From the NCBI GenBank assembly GCA_036845225.1, contig DAIUEJ010000009.1, positions 1,316 to 65,315 on the forward strand: a DNA stretch of 64,000 bases, written 5' to 3'. The notes below the pieces were generated by a model. That model searched no databases. It was not told where the DNA came from and was given only the letters and a program-made list of their open reading frames with translations. A program made the translations under genes and the position numbers. This stretch comes from Candidatus Anoxymicrobiaceae bacterium. Lineage in GTDB: Bacteria; Actinomycetota; Geothermincolia; Fen-727; Anoxymicrobiaceae. Below are positions 36,648 to 46,985 of this stretch, piece by piece (the stretch's first letter is position 1; each line of letters begins with the position of its first letter).

Positions 36648-37710
36648 CGCCGGCCGCTATCAAGCCCGCAGCAGCCGCCGCCATGAAGAACTCCGGCTCC
36701 GCCTCGTAGCCTCTGCCCATCACCGTTGCCTTCAGATCGCAGCGGCCCATCAGGCCCTCTATGACGCGCGCGTCGACCGACCGTACCTCGTGCATGCTGT
36801 CAAGTCCCGATTCCCTCAACTGCTCGGACAGGCAGTCGCCCCGCCCGCTCTCGAGCTCCGGCATCGCGATGACGGCCCGGGCGCGCGCCGCGTACTTCAG
36901 GGAGGAGACCGTGTGGTGGCTCAAGCCGCGGTGCCTGTCGCGCTCGTCGGCGAAACTTATCCTCGGTATCGCTATAGCAAGGCCGCCGAGTGACGCCGCG
37001 GCATTCACGATCATCCCCTGCTCGATCCCGCTGAACCCCGCTTGAGAGCCGGTCCCAACGATCCCGGGCCCCATCAGCGCGATCACCGCGTCCGCACCCG
37101 TGATGCGCCGGGCGGCGAGGAGCGCCCCGTACACCGTGACGGCTTCCATGTCCCCCCCGAAAGCGTTGCCGCAGGTGATGACCGAGTCCAGGTAACCGTT
37201 CTCCCTCAGGAAGCGCGCCGTGTTGCTGAACGCGGCCGGGAGCGAGCCGCCATCGGTCATCACGTACGCGAGCTTTCCTTCCGGCATCGCGTGCCTGTAG
37301 GCGAGGGCCGCGGGCAGCAACTGGCTGTGCAGCGAACCCGCGACCACCGGCATCCCGCCCAGCGCGCCCGAGAGGTCTTCGCCCTCGAGGCCGTCGAGGC
37401 TCTCCTCGACCGCCTCGACGTTTAGCTGAAGAGGCGTGTACCGGAGCTTCATGATATGACCGCTGCCGTCGGTGTCGAGCTCCTGGCGCGAGAGGTTCCA
37501 GAGGACGAAGTGATACCCGCCGGATCCGAGGTCCAGGTCCACCGCGGTGGTGTTGGCGACCACCTGGTCGCCCGCCGCGACGGGGCCCACCAGCGACTCG
37601 AGGACCACCGCCGGCCCCCGGGTGCCGTCCTCGAACTCGAGGGAGGCCTCGGTTATTGAGGCCCCCCAGGGCTTCACGCCAGTCACCGTTGCGCGCCTGT
37701 AGCTGCTCAC
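36625..37710 (-). CDS. Conserved hypothetical protein (DUF3866-like)
   Basis: The 361 aa product is Gly-rich and has a Rossmann-like core (…GGYHFVLWN…TCGNAFGGDMEAVTVYGALLAAR…ALMGPGIVGTGSQ…). The family assignment is from memory only. Confidence 0.45.
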   Translation of the reverse strand: MSSYRRATVTGVKPWGASITEASLEFEDGTRGPAVVLESLVGPVAAGDQVVANTTAVDLDLGSGGYHFVLWNLSRQELDTDGSGHIMKLRYTPLQLNVEAVEESLDGLEGEDLSGALGGMPVVAGSLHSQLLPAALAYRHAMPEGKLAYVMTDGGSLPAAFSNTARFLRENGYLDSVITCGNAFGGDMEAVTVYGALLAARRITGADAVIALMGPGIVGTGSQAGFSGIEQGMIVNAAASLGGLAIAIPRISFADERDRHRGLSHHTVSSLKYAARARAVIAMPELESGRGDCLSEQLRESGLDSMHEVRSVDARVIEGLMGRCDLKATVMGRGYEAEPEFFMAAAAAGLIAAGGGGEPGG

Positions 37711-38864
37711 GTTGCCCGCTCCGCTCCCTCGTCGGCCGCGGCGTAGGCGAGCCGCGCTATCACCCTGGCGACCCCTTCCATCTGGTCCTTCTTGATGAGC
37801 TCCTGGGTGCTGTGGGCGTTGACGAGGCCTATGTTCATGACGGCCAGGCTCAGGCCGGCCCGGTTCAGGACGTTCGCGTCGCTGCCCCCGCCGCTGGAGG
37901 TGAGGCCGGGCTCGAAGCCGCAGGACTTGAGCGCCATGGCCAGCTGGTACACCGGCGTCGAGGCAACGTCCAGCTTGAAATGTTGAAACGAGTGCTCGAT
38001 CTCGGTAACCAGCTCACAGCCTGCGGCCTCCGCAGACTTCTGGAAGCTACTCACTATCCGGTCGCGCTCGGCTTCGAGTCGCTCGTCGGACATGCTCCGG
38101 ATCTCCCCTTCCACCACCGCGGTCTCAGGTACGATGTTGACCGCAACGCCTCCGGATATAAGACCGACGTTCGCGGTTGTCACCTCGTCGAGGCGGCCGA
38201 ACTCTATCTCGGATATCGCCCTGGCGGCGCAGGCGATGGCGTTGGCCCCTTTCTCGGGCTCGACTCCCGCGTGAGCGGCCCGGCCCTTGATGGTGAACTT
38301 GAAGCGGTCCTGGCTGGGCGCCTCCGTCACAATGCCCCCGACGGGCCCGCTCCCGTCCAGCACGACGCCCCACTCCCCGTCGACCAGCGACATGTCCAGG
38401 TGCCTGGCGCCGACGAGCCCGGGCTCCTCCTGCGCCGTGAAGATCAGCTCGAGCGCGCGGTAGGGGCCGCCGGCCTCGGCCAGCGATTCCACCGTTGCCA
38501 GTATTGCCGCGAGGCCCGCCTTGCAATCGGCGCCGAGGACCGTCTCGCTCATGCTGACGAAGTGGTCGCCCATGTCGAACGGTAAGATATGCGAACCCGG
38601 CTGGACGGTGTCCATGTGGGCGCAGAGGATGACCGGCGCCAGAGGAGAGAACGCCCCCGCCGGGACCCGCACCACCAGGTTTCCGCACTCGCCGCCGGTG
38701 GCGGCCGCCGAGGCGTCCTCGTGAACGGCAAAGCCCAGCCTGTTGCAGAATTCCTTGATGTAGGCACACATGGCGCCCTCAAAGCCGGAGACGCTGTCTA
38801 TCTTGACGAGCTCGAAGAATATCTCGAAGAGCCTGTTGGCCTCGGGACCCTCCGTTGGGCTCAT
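37707..38864 (-). CDS. M20/M42 family metallopeptidase (peptidase T / tripeptidase-like)
   Basis: It has the …ILCAHMDTV… metal-binding motif, …[12 protein letters not shown]… and …GRAAHAG… motifs. Confidence 0.8.
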   Translation of the reverse strand: MSPTEGPEANRLFEIFFELVKIDSVSGFEGAMCAYIKEFCNRLGFAVHEDASAAATGGECGNLVVRVPAGAFSPLAPVILCAHMDTVQPGSHILPFDMGDHFVSMSETVLGADCKAGLAAILATVESLAEAGGPYRALELIFTAQEEPGLVGARHLDMSLVDGEWGVVLDGSGPVGGIVTEAPSQDRFKFTIKGRAAHAGVEPEKGANAIACAARAISEIEFGRLDEVTTANVGLISGGVAVNIVPETAVVEGEIRSMSDERLEAERDRIVSSFQKSAEAAGCELVTEIEHSFQHFKLDVASTPVYQLAMALKSCGFEPGLTSSGGGSDANVLNRAGLSLAVMNIGLVNAHSTQELIKKDQMEGVARVIARLAYAAADEGAERAT

Positions 38865-40519
38865 TTCACTGCCTGGGCCTCGTCGCCGTCTATGACCTTG
38901 AGGTGAGAGTCGGCCATCCGCTGTCTCTTGGCCGCCGCGCCCACGAACTCCCTGAACAGCGGGTGCGGCTTGAGAGGCCTCGACTTGAACTCCGGGTGGA
39001 ACTGGGATGCTACGAACCAGGGGTGGTCAGGGTACTCGACTATCTCGACCAGCCTGTCGTCGGGGGACACGCCTGAGAAGACCAGCCCCGCCTCTTCCAT
39101 GTTGTGGCGCAGGGAGTTGTTGACCTCGTAGCGGTGGCGGTGGCGCTCGTAGATGACCTCTTCGCCGTAAGCCTGGTAGGCCCGGGTCCCCGGGGTTATC
39201 TTGCAGGGATAGAGGCCCAGGCGCATGGTGCCCCCGAGCCCGTCGATGTCCTTCTGATGGGCCATCAGGTCGATGACGGGGTACCTGGTGTTGGGATCGA
39301 ACTCGGCGGAGTTGGCGCCCTCCATCCCAGCAACGTTGCGCGCGAACTCGATGACGCAGCACTGAAGGCCCAGGCAGAGGCCCAGGAACGGGATGTCGTT
39401 TTCACGCGCGTACTGGATGGCCGCGATCTTTCCCTCGATACCGCGAATGCCGAAGCCGCCAGGTACCAGCACGCCGTGTATGTCCTTGAGGGTCTCGCCG
39501 CAGCGCCCCTCCTTCAGTGTGTCGGAGGCGACCCAGATGGGCTTCACCCTGACACCGTGCTTGATGCCCGCCGAGTTCAGGCTCTCGGCGATGCTGATGT
39601 ATGCGTCGGGCAGGTCCACGTACTTGCCGACCACCGCGACCCTCACCTCCGTCTCGAGGCCCTTGATCCTCTCGACAAGGGACTCCCACTCAGATAGGTC
39701 GGGCGGGTGCCCGGGCAGGCCGAGATGCTTGACGATGTACTCGTCCAGCCCTTCCCGGTTGAGCATCAGCGGGACCTCGTAGATGGTGGGCGCGTTAACA
39801 GCGGATACCACCGCCTCGCGGTCCGTGTCGCAGAAGAGGGCTATCTTGTCCTTCACGTCATCGTTTATCGGGCGGTCGGAGCGGCAGACGATGGCGTCCG
39901 GCTGGATACCGATGCTCTTGAGCTCCTTCACGCTGTGCTGGGTCGGCTTGGTCTTCAACTCCTGGGAGGTCTCCAGGTAAGGCACCAGGGTCACGTGGAT
40001 GTAGCAGACGTTCTCGTGGCCGAGGTCTTTCTTGAGTTGCCTGACAGCCTCCAGGAACGGGAGGCTCTCGATGTCGCCGACAGTGCCGCCTATTTCGCTG
40101 ATCGCCACGTCGACATCATCGTCCTCGACGAGAGCGAGTATGCGGCGCTTGATCTCGTCCGTGATGTGCGGGATGACCTGGACGGTCGCCCCCAGGAACT
40201 CGCCCTTGCGCTCGCGGCCGATGATGGTCCCGTAGACGACACCGGTGGTGACGTTGGACTCGCGCTTCATGTTGATGTCGACGAAACGCTCGTAGTGCCC
40301 CAGGTCGAGGTCGGTCTCGGTCCCGTCGTCGGTCACGAAGACCTCTCCGTGCTGGAACGGGTTCATCGTGCCGGGGTCAACGTTGATATAGGGGTCCATC
40401 TTCTGCATGGCGACATTGAGGCCGCGGGCCTTCAGGAGCAGCCCGAGCGACGCCGCCGTTATCCCCTTTCCCAGCGATGAGACCACTCCGCCTGTCACAA
40501 AGATGTGCTTCACGGGCAT
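38861..40519 (-). CDS. pyrG: CTP synthase
   Basis: The product begins [20 protein letters not shown]… and has a C-terminal glutamine amidotransferase domain (…GLCLGLQ…). ATG at 40519 was verified in the sequence. The track ORF start (40591) lies further upstream. Confidence 0.95.
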   Translation of the reverse strand: MPVKHIFVTGGVVSSLGKGITAASLGLLLKARGLNVAMQKMDPYINVDPGTMNPFQHGEVFVTDDGTETDLDLGHYERFVDINMKRESNVTTGVVYGTIIGRERKGEFLGATVQVIPHITDEIKRRILALVEDDDVDVAISEIGGTVGDIESLPFLEAVRQLKKDLGHENVCYIHVTLVPYLETSQELKTKPTQHSVKELKSIGIQPDAIVCRSDRPINDDVKDKIALFCDTDREAVVSAVNAPTIYEVPLMLNREGLDEYIVKHLGLPGHPPDLSEWESLVERIKGLETEVRVAVVGKYVDLPDAYISIAESLNSAGIKHGVRVKPIWVASDTLKEGRCGETLKDIHGVLVPGGFGIRGIEGKIAAIQYARENDIPFLGLCLGLQCCVIEFARNVAGMEGANSAEFDPNTRYPVIDLMAHQKDIDGLGGTMRLGLYPCKITPGTRAYQAYGEEVIYERHRHRYEVNNSLRHNMEEAGLVFSGVSPDDRLVEIVEYPDHPWFVASQFHPEFKSRPLKPHPLFREFVGAAAKRQRMADSHLKVIDGDEAQAVK

Positions 40520-40547
40520 GCGTTTACCTCCGGTCGCCTTCGGACTT

Positions 40548-41501
40548 CTAGTTATTATTATCCCCGCCCGGTGCCTGTCCCTTTCTCCCAAGCGAGTCTA
40601 ACCAGTTGAGCACCCGGTTTGAAGCGATTACTTCAGAAAACGAGACCATCTCCGAGAGAATGTTCAGCGCCAGCATCAGGACCAGCACCCCCAGACGCCA
40701 CCAGAAGCTCGTCCCCAGCACGAGTCCGAGCCCGATGACCGCCCCCAGGACGTTCGAGCCGGCGTCCCCCATCATGAACTTCTCGCGGAGGTCGCCGGGG
40801 AACAGGACAAGTGCAAACGCAGCGACGGCCAACGCGGGGGTCATGTATATGTAGAGGGGCGAATAGAGCGCGAAGACGGCCCCGACTGCCTCGGATCTGA
40901 TTGTCAGCCCGGCGCAGAGCGCGAGCGCTGGAAAGAACACCTTCAGAGCACGCCCCGGGCGCAGGTCCAGCAGGTTGAAGAGGTTGGCGGTCAGTGCGAT
41001 GAGCGCCGCATCCATTACCCAGGTGCCGTAAGCATTAAAGGTAAATCGTTGAAACATCATTAGTTGCGGATGCAGTGCGACCAGCGCAACGACAAAGCCA
41101 AGGAACGCCTTGACGAGGCCTGTGGTGAACCTGCCGTGCAGCGCTTCGGAGAAATGCCCCTTGAAGCCCTTCGCTCCCGAGTCACCCGCAACGTCGTCAA
41201 GAAGACCCAGCAGGCAGAAGCCCAGGACCAGAATCAACATTGTGTTCATCCCATAGGTTAAGCCGTGGAACCTGGAGGTCATGAGCCTGCCTTCGTCAGC
41301 GTAGTGCCGGACCGCATAGTCCACGACAACAAGCCAGACCAGCAGAAAAGCCGGCGCGAAGATAACGCCGGCCGAGGTGGGCAGCTTAACTCCCCTGAAG
41401 TTGGCCCTCGAGAGCCTCTCGCTCGAGAGCAGCTTCCACATCACGGCGAGCATCAGCGCGCCTGATACCAGAGAGCCCAGGAAAACGTAGAGCGCTATCA
41501 T
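40548..41501 (-). CDS. Glycosyltransferase family 4 (MraY/WecA-type polyprenyl-phosphate sugar-1-phosphate transferase)
   Basis: It is a polytopic membrane protein with …GLLDDVAG… and …[12 protein letters not shown]… motifs diagnostic of the MraY/WecA superfamily. Confidence 0.8.
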   Translation of the reverse strand: MIALYVFLGSLVSGALMLAVMWKLLSSERLSRANFRGVKLPTSAGVIFAPAFLLVWLVVVDYAVRHYADEGRLMTSRFHGLTYGMNTMLILVLGFCLLGLLDDVAGDSGAKGFKGHFSEALHGRFTTGLVKAFLGFVVALVALHPQLMMFQRFTFNAYGTWVMDAALIALTANLFNLLDLRPGRALKVFFPALALCAGLTIRSEAVGAVFALYSPLYIYMTPALAVAAFALVLFPGDLREKFMMGDAGSNVLGAVIGLGLVLGTSFWWRLGVLVLMLALNILSEMVSFSEVIASNRVLNWLDSLGRKGQAPGGDNNN

Positions 41502-41532
41502 CCCTCCACCCGCCTCAGGATCGAGACCCCCG

Positions 41533-42210
41533 TCAACCGTTTCCTCCCTTGAGCGCCCGCGACGCGAGCGCTTTCGCGATGTCCGCGAACTGCCTGCCCC
41601 TGTGGACGAAACCCGCGAGGTCCCTACCCGTCTCGCTGTGTGACATGCAGGTGCTGACTTCGGCGATCGTGAATCCAGCGCGGTGGGCGTCGACGGTCAT
41701 CGCAACCTCGACACCGAAGCCCTCGCGAAAAGGTGTGACCGCCTCGAAGACCTCCCGGCTCATGGCCCGCTGGCCCGATATCGGCGAGCGCATCTCCAGC
41801 CCGGTGAGCATCTTTATGCCCCTTCGGGCGAGCCCCTGCGCCGCTCCGACGCCCCCCCTCTTCGCGGGAGGCGGAAACGCGGCGATCGCCAGGTCCGCGG
41901 CCCCGCTCGCCACCGCTTCCAGGAGTGCGGCGGCCTCCGCAGCGTGCGCTCCCAGGTCGCCGTCGATGAGGAGCAGCGTCTCGAAATCCAGTTCCGGAAG
42001 GAGTCGGTTGAGCGAACCGCCCTTTCCGAGGTTGCTGCCGTTGACGACCACGGTCGCGCCGGCCGCCGAGGCCTCGAGAGAAGACCTGTCGCCCGAAGCG
42101 TCGTCGACCACCACCACCCTCTCGACGCCGTCGAGGCCCAGAAGCGACGACACCGTGCTGCCCACAAACTCCTCTTCGTTGTAGGTCGGGACTACGGCGA
42201 CGGCCCTCAA
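41533..42210 (-). CDS. Glycosyltransferase family 2 (Dpm1/GpgS-like)
   Basis: The N-terminus is AVVPTYNEE…VVVVDDASGD… (the GT-A DXD region), followed by …LLIDGD…. Confidence 0.8.
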   Translation of the reverse strand: MRAVAVVPTYNEEEFVGSTVSSLLGLDGVERVVVVDDASGDRSSLEASAAGATVVVNGSNLGKGGSLNRLLPELDFETLLLIDGDLGAHAAEAAALLEAVASGAADLAIAAFPPPAKRGGVGAAQGLARRGIKMLTGLEMRSPISGQRAMSREVFEAVTPFREGFGVEVAMTVDAHRAGFTIAEVSTCMSHSETGRDLAGFVHRGRQFADIAKALASRALKGGNG

Positions 42211-42225
42211 GGAGCAGACATCTCC

Positions 42226-43065
42226 CTACGGTGGAGGCAGCATGCGGTTCGCCGCGCCGCCGCTCCCGTAGTGGCCGGGCTTGCCGGCCAGCGACATGTC
42301 GAGCGCCACCTCGCCGGGTACGGTGTCCACGTGGTCGACGGTCGAGATGCCGTGCTTCTTGTAGAAGAGGAGCACCGACTCCTCCGCGCTGCTGCCACAG
42401 ACCCCGATCATCGGGAATGCGCTCGACACGAAGGTGTCGATCAGCGGCGCGTCGGTCTTGTCCAGGGCTCCGGTGTCCACCGGCCCGTCCAGGACAGCCC
42501 CGTCCACCGGCGCGACGAGCGTGCCACGCAGGTGGATCACGCCCAGTTGGTCCAGGGTGAGCAGGATGCTGGTGTTGCTGGCAGTGCGCAGCTGGTTCAA
42601 TACTTCCGCGAAGACCCGGTTCTCCAGGGCCTGCTGGTCGGGAGGCATGGCGAAGAGGGTTGCCAGGTTGGCCATCACCGACTGGTCGCCGAACTTGTCG
42701 TGCGTCGCGATAGTGATGGTGACCTGCACGCTGCCCCCCGCCGCGGATATGCCATCGATTATGGCGGCGAGAGTGGCTTCGTCCGGATTGTTCCCGGTGA
42801 GGATGGCGTAGGTCTTGCCCGGCAGCATGTTGGCGATCATGTACGGCCGCGACTCGTCGGCATACCGCCTGTAAGCCTGCAGGTCGTTGTTGAGCGAGGT
42901 GTTCTTGTCCCTGATCTCACCGAAAGTCGTCTTGAGCGACTTTATCTGCGCCTTCTGCTCGGCCACCAGGCCACGCTCCACCAGGGTGGTACCGAGGAGT
43001 ATGCCGATGCCGAGGGCAAGAAATACAGCCACCAGGGATATCACGTGGTAGCGCATGTCGATCAA
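42226..43065 (-). CDS. MctB/SteB-like envelope protein (copper transport/cell-division associated, DUF3186 family)
   Basis: The N-terminus MIDMRYHVISLVAVFLALGIGILLGT is very similar to M. tuberculosis MctB (Rv1698). It lies between steA-like and pyrG as in Actinobacteria. Confidence 0.7.
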   Translation of the reverse strand: MIDMRYHVISLVAVFLALGIGILLGTTLVERGLVAEQKAQIKSLKTTFGEIRDKNTSLNNDLQAYRRYADESRPYMIANMLPGKTYAILTGNNPDEATLAAIIDGISAAGGSVQVTITIATHDKFGDQSVMANLATLFAMPPDQQALENRVFAEVLNQLRTASNTSILLTLDQLGVIHLRGTLVAPVDGAVLDGPVDTGALDKTDAPLIDTFVSSAFPMIGVCGSSAEESVLLFYKKHGISTVDHVDTVPGEVALDMSLAGKPGHYGSGGAANRMLPPP

Positions 43066-43082
43066 GCGGACGCACCTCTCAT

Positions 43083-44267
43083 TCAGATAAGGTTCTGCAG
43101 CTTCATGAGCCAGACCTGGAACCGCATGGCCATCACCGAGATGAACTGCCGCGCCGGCTCGGAAAGCAGGATTATTATTACTATGACCAGCAGCGCGGCG
43201 GCCGCCATCACCGTGAGGTGCCAGCCCTTCACCCTGGCGTGATATAACTCGCTGACCCCTTTGGCGTCCACCAGCGCCGCGCCTATGCGCAGGCGCACAA
43301 GGAAGGTGCTGGCCATTCCCTTCCGGTCTTTGTCCAGGAACTCGATCAGGTTGTTGTGCCCCCCGACCAGGACGATGATCTCGGCGCCCTTTTCATAGGC
43401 GATCAGCATCGCGATGTCCTCGCTCGTCCCCGGGTAGTGGAAGACCGTGCTCTCGAGGCCCATTTCTTCGAGCCTTTCCCGCCCCGGAGCGCGGCCGTCG
43501 ACGTAGCCGTGCACCACAAGCTCGGCCTTTGAAGCCAGCGAGTCGTCCGAGACGCTGTCCATGTCGCCGACGATCATGTCCGGTTTGTACCCCATCTCGA
43601 GCAGGGCATCGGCCCCGCCGTCCACCGCGACCAGGACCGGCTTGATCTCGCGGATGTAAGAACGCAGCGCCTTGAGGTCTTTCTTGTGGTCGTGCCCGCG
43701 CACGACAACCAGCACGTGGCGGCCGTCGAATCGGGTCTTTATATGGGGCAGGTCGATGCTTTCGAGCAGGATCGCCTTCTCCGCCTCCAGGAGCTCGACG
43801 GTGTTGGCGGCGAAGTCTCCCAGGTGCTTTCCCAGCCGCTTCTTGCTGTCCTCGATGCGCAGCTCGATCTCATCGAGGGTGAGGAGATTGCCGCGCGCGA
43901 CGACCTCGCCGTCCTTGAGCAGTGCGTTCCCCTCGACCGTGACCTCGTCTCCCTCCTCCAGCAGCTCGAACACCCCTTCGCCCACCTCGTCGATGATGTT
44001 GATGCCCGAGGCCACTATCATCAGCGGGCCGAGGTTGGGGTAGTTGCCCGTGAGCGAACAGGCGGCGTTCACCACGTAGAGCGGCTTCTTCTCCACCAGG
44101 GATTCAGCGCACACGCGGTCGATGTCCATGTGGTCGATTATTGCTACGTCACCCTCGTGGAGCCGCTTGACCAGGTTCTTCGTCTTCTTGTCCAGCCTGG
44201 CTACCGTTGTGCCGTCCACACCGGCAACCGGCTCGATGGTCTGGGCCGATGTCTTCATGGCCCTCAC
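43083..44267 (-). CDS. SteA-like protein (thiamine pyrophosphokinase-like; putative cytokinetic ring protein)
   Basis: The 394 aa product carries a …DMIVGDMDSV… TPK-like motif and a C-terminal TM helix. It sits downstream of recN, equivalent to Rv1697/SteA. Confidence 0.65.
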   Translation of the reverse strand: MRAMKTSAQTIEPVAGVDGTTVARLDKKTKNLVKRLHEGDVAIIDHMDIDRVCAESLVEKKPLYVVNAACSLTGNYPNLGPLMIVASGINIIDEVGEGVFELLEEGDEVTVEGNALLKDGEVVARGNLLTLDEIELRIEDSKKRLGKHLGDFAANTVELLEAEKAILLESIDLPHIKTRFDGRHVLVVVRGHDHKKDLKALRSYIREIKPVLVAVDGGADALLEMGYKPDMIVGDMDSVSDDSLASKAELVVHGYVDGRAPGRERLEEMGLESTVFHYPGTSEDIAMLIAYEKGAEIIVLVGGHNNLIEFLDKDRKGMASTFLVRLRIGAALVDAKGVSELYHARVKGWHLTVMAAAALLVIVIIILLSEPARQFISVMAMRFQVWLMKLQNLI

Positions 44268-44290
44268 CCGCCTTTGTCGCCGACATTATC

Positions 44291-46060
44291 TCACATAGGC
44301 CCACGGTCAACCTGAGAAGGACAGCCTCCCCTGCGCGACGACTTCTTCCTTTTCTCCGCGCGCTTGAGGATGTCCCTGGCGTGCTCGGCGGTCACCTTGC
44401 GGCCGCTCGAGTCCCCCAGCATCCTGCACATCTCAGCCACGCGGTCCTCGTCATCGAGGAGCGCGATCCCTGTGTGCGCGCTTCCGTCGCCGCGCGTCTT
44501 GAAGACCCTGTACTGCCAGTCGGCGAAGCTCGCGATCTGGGGAAGGTGGGTGACGCAGAAGACCTGGTGGTAGCTTGTCAGCTCGTAGAGCTTCTCCCCC
44601 ACGGTCGCGGCCGCCTCGCCGCCGATGCCGGCGTCGACCTCGTCGAAGACCAGCACCGGAAGCCTGTCCGCTTCGGCCAGCACGATCTTGACGGCGAGCA
44701 TGACCCTCGACATCTCGCCGCCGGAAGCGATGCTCCGGAGAGGACGCAACGGCTCGTCGGGCTCCGGCCTGAAGAGGAACTCAACCTCGTCGCAACCGGT
44801 CGGCCCGAGGTTCCCGGTGCCCGGCTCCGGCCGCGCCGTCGGCTCCTTCTCGTCAACCTTTACGCCGAAGCCGGCGCCCGTGAGCTCGAGGCCTGCCATC
44901 TGTTCCATCACGTCTTTTTCGAGGGATGAGGCCGCTCGCCGCCGCTCGCTCGCGAGTTTCCTGGCGGCCGCGGCAGCCTCTTTGCCGGCCTCGGCGACCT
45001 GCTCTTCTATCGCTCTCGCTCGCTCGGCAATCCCTCCGATCTCCTCAAGCCTGGCCGACGCCCTGTCCCGGTATTCGATGACCGCATCGAGTGAGCCCCC
45101 ATACTTGCGGCACAGCTCCCGGAGCGCGCTCAACCGGGACTCCACCTGATCGAGCCTCCCCGGGTCCGTGTCGAGCCCCTCCCTGTAGCGGCCGACCTCG
45201 CCGGCGACGTCCTCCGCCTCCAGCGACAGGGACTCCAGCCGCCCGGCCAGCGCTCGCAGCGACTCGTCGCGCGAAGCCATCCTGCCGATGTCTTCGACCG
45301 CCCGCGCCAGCAGGTCCCTCACCGAGGCCGACGACTGGCTGTCGGCGCAGAGCGTTCCCTCGACGCCGGATGCCAGCTCCCACAGCTCCCTCGAGTGCCG
45401 CAGCCTGGATGCCTGCGCCTCGATGTCGTCAATCTCTCCCGCCACGGGAGCGGCCGCCTCGATCTCTTCGACCTCATGGGACAGCAACTGCGCTTCCCTG
45501 GTCGCGTCTGCGCCGCCGGCGATCTCCTTGCGCTCCAAGAGCAGCGCGCGAAGGCGCTCGTACGCCCGCGTGTAGGTCCGCAGCCGCTCAAGGTGCGCCG
45601 CGCCCGCGTAGCGGTCCAGGTATCCGATGTGGGAGGACTTCATGAGCAGGGCCTGGTGGGTGTTCTGGCCGTGGACCTCGAGGATGAGATCACCTATCGC
45701 CGCCAGCGTCGAAACGGGGCATAGGCGGCCGTTCACGGTGCAGCGGCTCTTGCCTTCACGAGGGAGCCTGCGGCCGAGAGTGAGCTCATCGTCGCCGTCC
45801 TGAAGATATCCCATCTCTTTCAGTGCCGCGAAGACCGCGGGCTCGCCCGAGATGTCGAAGGAAGCCTCGAAGACGGCCTCGGTCGCGCCGGTGCGCACCA
45901 TCTGGGCCTCCGCCCGGTCACCCAGGAGCAGCCCGATCGCCCCGATCAGCACCGTCTTCCCCGCCCCCGTTTCACCCGAGAGGACGTTCAGGCCTCCATG
46001 GAACTCGACCTCGACGCTTGAGACCAGGGCGAAGTCGGAGACCTTCAGATAAGACAGCAA
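44291..46060 (-). CDS. recN: DNA repair protein RecN
   Basis: It has the SMC-like Walker A (…LSGETGAGKT…), long coiled coils and a C-terminal signature/Walker B (…LVFDEVDAGIGG…). Confidence 0.95.
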   Translation of the reverse strand: MLSYLKVSDFALVSSVEVEFHGGLNVLSGETGAGKTVLIGAIGLLLGDRAEAQMVRTGATEAVFEASFDISGEPAVFAALKEMGYLQDGDDELTLGRRLPREGKSRCTVNGRLCPVSTLAAIGDLILEVHGQNTHQALLMKSSHIGYLDRYAGAAHLERLRTYTRAYERLRALLLERKEIAGGADATREAQLLSHEVEEIEAAAPVAGEIDDIEAQASRLRHSRELWELASGVEGTLCADSQSSASVRDLLARAVEDIGRMASRDESLRALAGRLESLSLEAEDVAGEVGRYREGLDTDPGRLDQVESRLSALRELCRKYGGSLDAVIEYRDRASARLEEIGGIAERARAIEEQVAEAGKEAAAAARKLASERRRAASSLEKDVMEQMAGLELTGAGFGVKVDEKEPTARPEPGTGNLGPTGCDEVEFLFRPEPDEPLRPLRSIASGGEMSRVMLAVKIVLAEADRLPVLVFDEVDAGIGGEAAATVGEKLYELTSYHQVFCVTHLPQIASFADWQYRVFKTRGDGSAHTGIALLDDEDRVAEMCRMLGDSSGRKVTAEHARDILKRAEKRKKSSRRGGCPSQVDRGPM

Positions 46061-46070
46061 GTCGCCTCCT

Positions 46071-46970
46071 CTAAAGCGGTTCTTCGCCGGCGGGCGGGCT
46101 CATGAACTTCCGGCGGACCGTGCCGTAGAAAGAGGTGCCCTGCAGCTCGAGTATCTTGACGGTGTCCTCCAGCGCGTGGAAATCGATGGTCGCGCCAGGC
46201 GGCACCTCGACGTCGAGCCTCCCGTCGACGCTCAGCGACAGGCGCTCCGGCTCGCCCTCCACCGACACTGTTACCCTGTCGGCCCGGTCGAGGACCATAG
46301 GCCGCGAAAACAGCACGTGAGCGCATATCGGTGTCAGCAACAGGCACCGGACGTCTGGAGTGACGATGGGGCCGCCCGCCGAGAGGGAGTAGGCTGTCGA
46401 ACCCGTGGAGCTGGCGAAGATGAGCCCGTCGCCCGAGTATCGCATGAAGAACTCGCCGTTGATGTAGGTCGCGAGGCGGATGAGCCGCTCACGCACGAGC
46501 TTACCGATAACGATCTCGTTCAGCGCGCGGTATACGCTCTCGCCGCCGTCCGCCCGCAGGGTGCACCCGACCGGCATCCTCTCGCTCACCACGTACTTCC
46601 CGGCAAAGATGTCGGCGAGTGTTTCCGAGACCTGGTGCGCCTCGGCGGCGGTCAAAAAACCCAGCTTGCCTATGTTTATCCCGACCAGCGGCACCCCTCG
46701 GCCCCACACGACGTCGACAGCGTGCAGCATGGTTCCGTCCCCGCCGAGCGCTATCGCGAGCCCGGCCTCGCCAGCCTCGTCGAGGGTCCGGGACGGAAGG
46801 TCCAGCCCCAGCGCCGCGGCGTCATCCTCCAGCAGGAAGTAGGAGACCCCCGCGCGGTCGAGCCACCTCGAGACCTCGATCACGATGTCCTTGATGCCGG
46901 ACTTGCGGATATGCGGGACTATCAGGACTTTGTCGAACCCGCTGCGTTCTTCCATTGGCCCTCCATCCAC
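46071..46970 (-). CDS. nadK: NAD kinase
   Basis: It contains …GGDGTML… (GGDG motif) and …NEIV… motifs. The start is possibly the internal Met (MEERSG…). Confidence 0.9.
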   Translation of the reverse strand: MDGGPMEERSGFDKVLIVPHIRKSGIKDIVIEVSRWLDRAGVSYFLLEDDAAALGLDLPSRTLDEAGEAGLAIALGGDGTMLHAVDVVWGRGVPLVGINIGKLGFLTAAEAHQVSETLADIFAGKYVVSERMPVGCTLRADGGESVYRALNEIVIGKLVRERLIRLATYINGEFFMRYSGDGLIFASSTGSTAYSLSAGGPIVTPDVRCLLLTPICAHVLFSRPMVLDRADRVTVSVEGEPERLSLSVDGRLDVEVPPGATIDFHALEDTVKILELQGTSFYGTVRRKFMSPPAGEEPL

Positions 46971-46985
46971 GGATCGACCGCCGCC

